64,000 bases of DNA, from the NCBI GenBank assembly GCA_944377305.1, contig CALWEL010000004.1, forward strand, positions 19,136 through 83,135, given 5' to 3'. A model generated the notes under the pieces. That model was not told the DNA's origin, made no database searches, and worked only from the letters and a program-made list of their open reading frames with translations. The stretch is from an uncultured Clostridia bacterium. Its GTDB lineage: Bacteria > Bacillota > Clostridia > Christensenellales > UBA1242. Below are positions 21,201 through 30,200 of this stretch, piece by piece. The translations under genes were made by a program, and so were the position numbers. Each line of letters begins with the position of its first letter. The first letter of the stretch is position 1.

Positions 21201-24200
21201 GAAATACACTTTGGTGGCTTAGTAGCAGATTCGGATATATACGTTGACAGTGGTGGCGAAGATGAAGATGATGCAAATATGACTATTATGAATTCGTCAA
21301 TAGGCTTGAACAATACTAATACGACAGAAAATATTGAACAAACAGTATTTAATTTGACTATCAAAAATGCAAGTTTGTCTTATATAGGAGGAGCCGTAGG
21401 ATATGCAAATAATACGTCAGTAGCATCAATTTCTGTCGGCAACTATGCTTATGATCCAAACTATAGACGAATCGTTTTCAATATCAATTTGGATAATTCC
21501 AATGCCAATAATTATTTCGGCGGAGTTGTAGGAGGCTTGGCAGGAAGTCAATTGTCAACTGTCGATGCGATCACTGAGATAAATGTATCAGGCAGTGAGA
21601 ATCGAGCATTAGAAGATGCATCTACGACATCATATATCAATGCATTTGCTGGGTTGGTAGGGTATTATACCCTATCAGGAAGTGCGAGTGCTGACTATAG
21701 CATTAATTCTTCTAGCACTTCGTCAAATCTAAACATTTTGGGCGGAACGGCAATCACTAATTTGTTCGTTTCGACAGGTGTGGCTTATGCCGAAAGTCAT
21801 AGAGAATCAGAGCTGATTATAGAACAATCATTATTTACAGGTACAATTAGTTCAGAGCTTTCAGAGGATGATGCTGATAGCACTTTGAATAATGTATATG
21901 CTGGAGGCGTGATTGCTTATGCGTATCAAGGTACAAGTACGAATTTGGGAAGTGCAATATCTCTAACTGACGTTATGACAACTTCAGATATTATTATAGG
22001 TAGTCCGCAAACGACACGTTTGTATGCGGGTAGCCTAGCAGGTCAAGCCAATGTTGTATCAGCAGTCAATTTTGCAAGCACAGGTAGGATAGTACCTATC
22101 ACAGGTTATTCAGATGATCCAACCAATAATCATTTCTATATAGGTGGCTTTATTGGACAGGCAAACAATGTGAATATCATAAATGCATATTCATTGACCA
22201 GTATTATTGCTGATAGTATAGATTATCAAGCAATACAAGCATTGAATATCAATGCATTGTTTGGAGACGTTGAAACAGTTTCTACCGAATATGTATATTA
22301 CTCTTCTGATTATGCATTATTCTCAGAGGAAAGCGGTGCAGGATACAATCTTTCAGCATACACTTTGACTAGAAATAATGTTTGGAGATTAGATACAAGC
22401 AATGGCTTAAATTACCGAAATGGTTTTTGGGCGGAACTCAATGCCTCTTCAGGTTCATATTATTTACCATATATAGCCAGCTTAAATACTCAATTAATCA
22501 ATTATGGTATTTTAAAGCAAGTAGATTACACATATATTTATCAATTGAACGCACTTACTCCTATTGTAATTGATGATAGTAGTAGTATGGATATTTTAGT
22601 TTCAGATGAAACGAGTAGCGAATTCACATATTATATACTATCTACTAATCTCACGAATTTGAATTTCTCTGGCGGTGGAGTATTGAATGGAATTTTGATA
22701 GGTGGAGAGACCGAGTACAATCAATTTGTTTCTACAGGAGGATATTCAAATACAGAAGGTTCATTTAGTGGAATTATACCAAAGGTAAGTAGACATAGTG
22801 CAATCTCTAACCTACATATCAAACTAGCTACAAACACAAATTACGATATAGGCAATGGCAATATTTCAGGTATATTGGTAGGATTGAACGAGGGTGTGAT
22901 CTTCAATAGTTCTGTACAAGGAACTGGAGTGGAGATAGATTCTGGCAATTTAGGTTTAATCTCAGGAAGGAATTCAGGGCTGATTTCATACTCGTATTCA
23001 TCTTTGGAAGTTGTAGAAGTATCTGCAAATTCTATTGCAGGCATTGCGAATCAAAATCAAGGAATGATTTTGTCCTGCTACTTTACTGGATATATCAACA
23101 ACACAACAGCTAGTGAAGATACTATCACTACGACAGCGATAGCGGCAGGAATTGTAGTTGAAAATCTTGCTAAAGGAACGAGCGGAGAGTATGAAAACAA
23201 TTTCATATTCAACACCTATTCCACTGCAGTAATTGAATCTATCAATGAAGCTGGAAATTCATTTATCGCAGATAGCAATGGCTTGATGGGAGTGAACAAC
23301 TATGTTGACTCACTAGCAAATGTGGAAAACATAAATATTGTGGATGAAGATAGTACGACTATAATATTATCAACTATAAATACTGCTAGATTGATGTCAG
23401 CAGATGTATTGGATGGATATTCGGATGGAAAATGGTATTACACCACATACAAGGTTGACAACAATTATTATTTAATTGATAGGAAAAGTGAAACATTTGG
23501 TTACAATTATCTATATCCAACACTAAAGATTAACAAGATAATTGTAGATGAAAGTACAGATTGGAATGATCCAAGCTCTTTTGAATACTTTGATAACCAG
23601 TATCAATTGTATACAGGAAATGGTTCAGTAGCTTTAGAGTTAGGGCAGGGCTATGAAGATGTGATAAATGCGCTCAGCTCAACTGAAACAGAACTGACTT
23701 CTAATGCGGAAACAAACATTATGCGTATACCACATTTGGGATTATTGTCAGCGATTCAAAGCTTGGCTATAGATTATGGCGAAAATGTTCAAGATCCTAC
23801 ACTTACGGGAAAAAATACTTCACTTTATTATGTATTAATCTATGATATTGATGGCAGATCAGGTCCAGATGTGACACCGCTCGAATGGAATGCTATAGGG
23901 ACTGCGAATGAAAACGCTGAAGCAGATGCTTTCTACAACGGGTCGCAATCTTCATTTGCAGGATTCTTCGTATCAAATAAAAATTATGATTTTACCGATC
24001 TGAGTTTAACTGACGCTTGTCAAATTACAGGATTGAACAATGGAATATTCGCAAATATTAAAAATGCATATTTTGGATATCTCAAATTAGGCGGTGGAGA
24101 TGAAACATTAGAAGAATCTGGTCTGTTAGGAGTGAATATCAATCCGAGTTCAGAATCAGAGACTACAGCCGACAATGTAATTGTAGATAAAATTCAAATT

Positions 24201-27200
24201 TTGCAAAACACAGTTATCCGCGGGGATGGCCACATTGGTGGATTGTTCGGAGTGATTTCATCAGGAAATGTCAGTGTGAAAGATTTTGTCACATATAGCG
24301 CCGATGAAGCAGGCACTGTGAGACCAAATTTAACAATCAGCACGGCAGAATATGCTGGATTGATCACAGGGAAAGTGGAGTCAGGAAATATCAAATTGGG
24401 CTTTACACCAGATGGCTTGCACGGCGTGGAAGGCATAAATGAAATTAATGATACTTTCTATGTAAGATTTGGAGACAACATAAATTATGCTGGCGGATTG
24501 ATTGGTTATATTGAGAACAATACAACAAATATAAATGCTAGCGCGTACAAGACAGATGATGGAGCTGAGAACAACAAAGTGATCATCTATACCGAAGAGG
24601 GCGGAGCATCTACAATAGGCGGAATCGTCGGTGCGATGATTGGAAACGAGAGTGAAGCGATAGCCACAGTCTCCAACATAACTGTCAAGATGAATCAAAA
24701 TACTTCAGCAGAAGGAGAACAGACTCCAATAGATGTCAATGTCTTTGGCGGGTTGATTGCAAGACTAGGTCTAGGCACGACAGACATCAACAGTTCAACT
24801 ATCACATTTGAAAATTGTGGATTGGATTTGGGAGAGGAAGGCTTATACATATCTACAGAGACCAATGAAATCAGCGATGTAGGCAATTACTTCGGACTAT
24901 TGGCAGCTAAGGTTGACGGAGGAGTATTGAATGTTGTAGACTTCTATTTTGCAGATGAGGTCACAGATTCTCAGATTAGATACGAGACATCCACGCTCTC
25001 AGAATCAGAAGAGGAGGGAAAAAGTTATACTACCAGCAAAGAAAACCTACAAGGTATAGGTATGCTGGCTGGAAAACTTAGTGGAAATGCAAACATAATA
25101 TTCGGTTATGATAGAGAACTTTCATTCCCAGCTCTACACGCAATTAATGTGTATAATTTAGGCGGAATAGTAGGCGTTTATGAATCGGGCAGCATAGGGA
25201 TAGAATATTATGAGGAAAATCCATACAATGTGCAACTCTATGGTACGACGAATGTCGGAGGTGCAGTAGGATTGGTTGGAGGAGATACAACCGATATCAA
25301 TGATATTGTGGTGGTGGACGGAGATAAATATTTCAATTTCCTAACATCAGATTTGGCTTTTGCTACACTACATACCGATCAGCAAGGATACCTGAATCGT
25401 TACAATTGGGGCGGACTATTTGGGTATTATCAAAAAGAAGAATTATATTACGAAACTAAAGACGGGTCGATTGCGATCAAAAATAACAATAAAATAATGA
25501 TTGGCACGACAGGCGTTGAAATCAGGAAATATATTTATAATGTCGGTGGCGTAGTCGGCAAAATTGGTGCAGAAACAACTCTAGTAGATAACTTAGAGAA
25601 TACAAAAGATGCTTATATTGTTCCAGAAGGCTTAGATACAGCCCCTACAAGTTGGGGTCTAGTTGAGGACAAGGTATACAATCTAAACACGGTAATGGGA
25701 AGCAATAGCAATATAGCAAACACCATTAGGACTATCAATGTAGGTGGAGTGATAGGCTATGCGGGAGCAGGAGAAGAACTTGAAATCACAAATATCAAAA
25801 ATGTATCAGATATGGTATTAGGATATCAAAATGTTGGTGGATTAGTCGGATATCTTGATGAAGATGCAACCGTAACCAATGTGCTAACTAACAGTATTAG
25901 TGATAATCAACTTTACTTTGAACGTAGCGGAAGCAATTATGAATTGCATTTGGCTGACGGATACGAGGATGAGCTTTATGAATTGAGCGAATCGAGCATA
26001 TCTTCACAGGGTTCTGTAATAGGAGTATTGAATGTCGGAGGAGCATTTGGAATATTCAATGGTACATTAGCAGAAAACATTTGGACAGACGCGAATGTCT
26101 ATGGCAATGCCAATGTTGGCGGATTCGTAGGATATGTGTTCAATCAGAATACCGAGCTTTCAAATAACGTTGTAGCCAAATCGTCCACTGATGAAACAGA
26201 GAAAACGATAGTAAAAGGCGTTTATGTAGCTATTAATTTGAATAAATATTCAGCAGGTGAACTATCTACTGTCTCTGAGATGTTTATACCTACTAGCGTA
26301 GGAGGATTCGTCGGTACGGCAGAGCAGGGAGTGTTGACCAACAATTCGGTGTTCAATACGACTGTTCAATCTACAAACGAAGGAGATATTAGCTCAGCAG
26401 TTTCAACGCTGGAACAAAACAACATCACGATCTCAACCATTTCAAACAATATGCTGAAAATAAGTATGGGTGGAGCAACTGACAACGATGCTATCCAGCA
26501 CTCAAACGAAGTGTTTGAATATTACTCCTTGGATTCAACAGGCTATAAGTATGAAATTAAGGAGGGGGCAACTACAGTTTTCAATGAAATGAGTTCGGGC
26601 TTCGGTGGTTTCGCTGGGACAGTTTCATCTAGCGTAGCATTAGTAGAAAGATCAGGTGGACAATATGCAATGGAAACTAATAAATTCCAGACATCCATCG
26701 ATGCTCAACTGGGAGTAAATGTAGGTACATATTATGGTTTCTATTATGGAGCAGAGAGAGATAGTTCAGGAGCAACAGAGACGATGATCGCCACTCCAGA
26801 ATTGCTAGGAAATGTTTATGTAAATGGCGGATATAATATCGGAGGAGTGACAGGGCAATACGCGGGTTCGGTCAATTTGAGTCAATTCTCTCTAGCGGAC
26901 AATGCGAAAGGGGAAGGCTTCATTGAATTGCAACCAACTAGCCTAGGTATGTATGTCGGAGGATTGTTCGGACTGCTACAATCAGATCAAGTAGAAGGTT
27001 TGTCACTGGAAGGGACTGCAGGTATCAGTATCAAGATTAATGTGGCGAATACTTATTACTCAGGCGGTTTGGTGGGCAAATTATATGTGCAGGGCGACGC
27101 TTCCTTCAAAGGAACTATCACCGATGATGATATTGCTTCGGGTTCTAGTGAGGAACTGTTGGCAAATAGATTCGGAGGACTTCTCGGAATGTTGAAAGTG

Positions 27201-30200
27201 GCAGGCGGTAACATTAATGGATATGAAGTGACCGTCAAAGGTAAGCACAACTATCCATTCACGATCAATACGATAGAGAACTCGAATTATGAGGATGGCA
27301 AAAGTACGTCTGGCGTAACGTTGCCAGAGGATCAAGTCGTAGATTTAGTCGCAATGGCTACCTATATCAATAAAGACACATTCAATATATCTCCATCTGC
27401 GAATCCGGTCTATTACAATGAAAATGCCAAGAATCCTACAAGACCTAATGACTCTTGGGGTTGGGCAATAGATTATACGATGTTCAAAACGATCCAAAGA
27501 TGTATACCTGCGGATCAAAACAATGGATTATGGGATTCTATATCTCAAGTCTATGATGCTTCAAATATTACCTATGTCGGTACGATTGCGAATTTAGGAC
27601 TGACAGATGAATGGCTCTATGGTGACGACTCAGAATGGACCAATATCACGAATGATGCTTTTAACATTGGTTTATGGTTTGATGGATCTGATATTATTTC
27701 CGAACCAACCGTGGGCGATGAAAATTATGACCAACAGCTAGCTTTCTATAGAAGTTGCAAAATGATAGAAAAGTCAAAGGATGAGGATGGCAAATACATA
27801 TTCAATCCTAATTATATCTGTTACACAATCTATGAAGAAGATGAAGGAATAGAGAGATTATATTCAGCGATAGGTATTGCGAAGCCTTATTTGGATCAAA
27901 ATGGAGATTATGTTGAAGAGCCGAAATCAAAGACACCAACAGATTCTGTTAGTGATTTCTTGCAATGGATAGGAGCATTTACGGGTTGGTCAAATCCTCC
28001 TACCTCATATTATCCTTTATTATTAAATTATGATAAGGATGGGTATGATGGATTGACTTATATTGATTACAGTAGTGAAGCAAAATATAAAGTTACTGAT
28101 AGGAATGAATATCAAGGATTTTGGCCAAGCGATTCATCATATAGAGACTATTTCTGTGCGATTGATAATTTCTTCGCGTTAAATGATGATGGAGTGAGAG
28201 TAGAAAGAACGGATAAAACCTACTTTATGTTCACATATTTCTATACCAATAGCACATTGAATGCTGATACTATTGCGGGAGTGGGTGACACTTTGGCAGA
28301 TAGCGGATCTATATTCGAGGTGAATGGTCTGAAATCTAGCAGTTTTGATAAAAGAATGGAAGAAGAAGCAGGAAGTGCAACTTATCCTTGGTTGAAATAT
28401 GTGCAAATAGCAATCGTTGTGGCTTCGATATTGATAGGTGGCGGTGGTCAATTGCTATTCAATGCCGGAAAAGCGGTTGTTAAGAAATTGACTCAGAAGA
28501 TTGGTCAAATGACATTAAAGCAACTTTTCAAGTTTCAAGGATCAGTTGCTATTAGTACTTTGGCATTATTTGGGTTGTCCAATATCCTGCTGTCACAGGT
28601 GCTGGCTAGTCAATCGGCAGAAACTGTATATTACGGTGTCACAAACGAATCATTGGGCTATCTCGGTAGATCGTATAGGAGAGAGATCATTTATGATGAA
28701 GAAGGTAAATTGTTAATTCAAGTGGATGCTTCAGCTGAGAATGATCAGGAAGTGCAATATGTATATTATTCAAACACTCGACCAAATGACTATTATTCAC
28801 ATAGATATTATGTATACGTCGATAATGGAACTGACGGATATGACACAATCTTCTTAGATTCGATTGAGAATGCTACTCTACAGACAAGTGGAAATTTCGA
28901 AGGAGCATATTACTTCCAATATGGAAAAAAGAATGCTTACGCTTATGAATACTATATATATGAAAATGGTGAATATTATGTTTTGTTGGATGCATTAGAG
29001 ACTGCTATGGTTCCGACACAAATGCCAATTCCAGAAAATTTGAAGAGCCCAGAGGATTATATATTCACGCGCGGAAGTTATTACGTTCGTGGCAAATATA
29101 AAGATTCATCATATATATACGATAGTAATGAGGGTGTAATTGACAACGCTATAGAGTATGATGAACTCACTGGCAAATATACTATCAATAAAGTGTCTTG
29201 GGATGAGAGTCGTTATGGAAAGATATCAACGACCACAACATTAAGATATATTATTGACAAGAACATAGATAAGAACGATGAAGTTGATGGAGTTATAAAT
29301 TTAGGAGATTGGATGACATCAGAAGATTTATATTATTATGGTTATGGCTATATGAAGAATGCCTATTACACTGCCAGTGGCAATGATATAGGCGGAGATA
29401 AGAAAGTAGGAGTCTTCAGCTGTGTTGGCACAACTGCTCCAGCAGGCACCGCAGGTATAGATTATATCACTAGGACATATTGGGAAGAGATCCGAGAAGA
29501 AGATGGAAGCATCACTAGAGAGCCTACTCAATATTATTACACCATAGATAGTGATAGTATATCTGATAATTCCACTCTATTTGATTCTGCAGAAGGAGCA
29601 AGTGGCACGATTGCAGAACGTCCAAATACTGGCGACCGTATCAATGTCAGACTATATCCACATTCATTCGAAAATCCGTATTCTAGCTATATAGCAAATT
29701 CTCAAGATGAATATTATTATTTTGTCAATACAGATAGTGATAAGGTAATTCAACACAAGGTAACTTACTACTATTATGAAGGAGGTTATATTACAGCGCC
29801 TTATAATAATGGTGAATTGCTTGCATACAAGAAAATAGGTGAAGGAACTAGTCTTAGTGATGTAGAAAATGTTGTGCTTTATGATAGTTCCGGTAATAGT
29901 AAACTATATTCGTATAAGTCTATTTATAACAAACTTGAACTTGGAGCTGATCTATACACTATTGATATTTCAGCATATACTACGACAGATACTGATACTA
30001 CGACAGATACTGAATTATATAAGATTGAAAATCAATTCAAAATTATTAAAGACGATGAAGCTGCTGGAAAAGATTATCTATATCAAATTATTTCAGACAA
30101 GCAGATATCTGATGGTAAGTTGAGTACAATAGTGTTCACAATGCCGAATTCAAACAGCAAAGATTACAATGAAAATAAATACTTGATGAATGAAGATTTG

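Noticed and set aside
20657-21364. A 235-aa antisense ORF inside the giant gene. Similar antisense or alternate-frame ORFs lie at 10958-11323, 12761-12970, 13289-13537, 14532-14906, 18839-19288, 24194-24886 and 27056-27335.
   Set aside because: They are fully embedded in the long sense ORF and lack an SD or promoter. Their Pro/Ser/Ile-rich composition is the mirror image of the Gly/Asn-rich GLUG repeats. Open antisense frames are expected in AT-rich, stop-poor repeat DNA.
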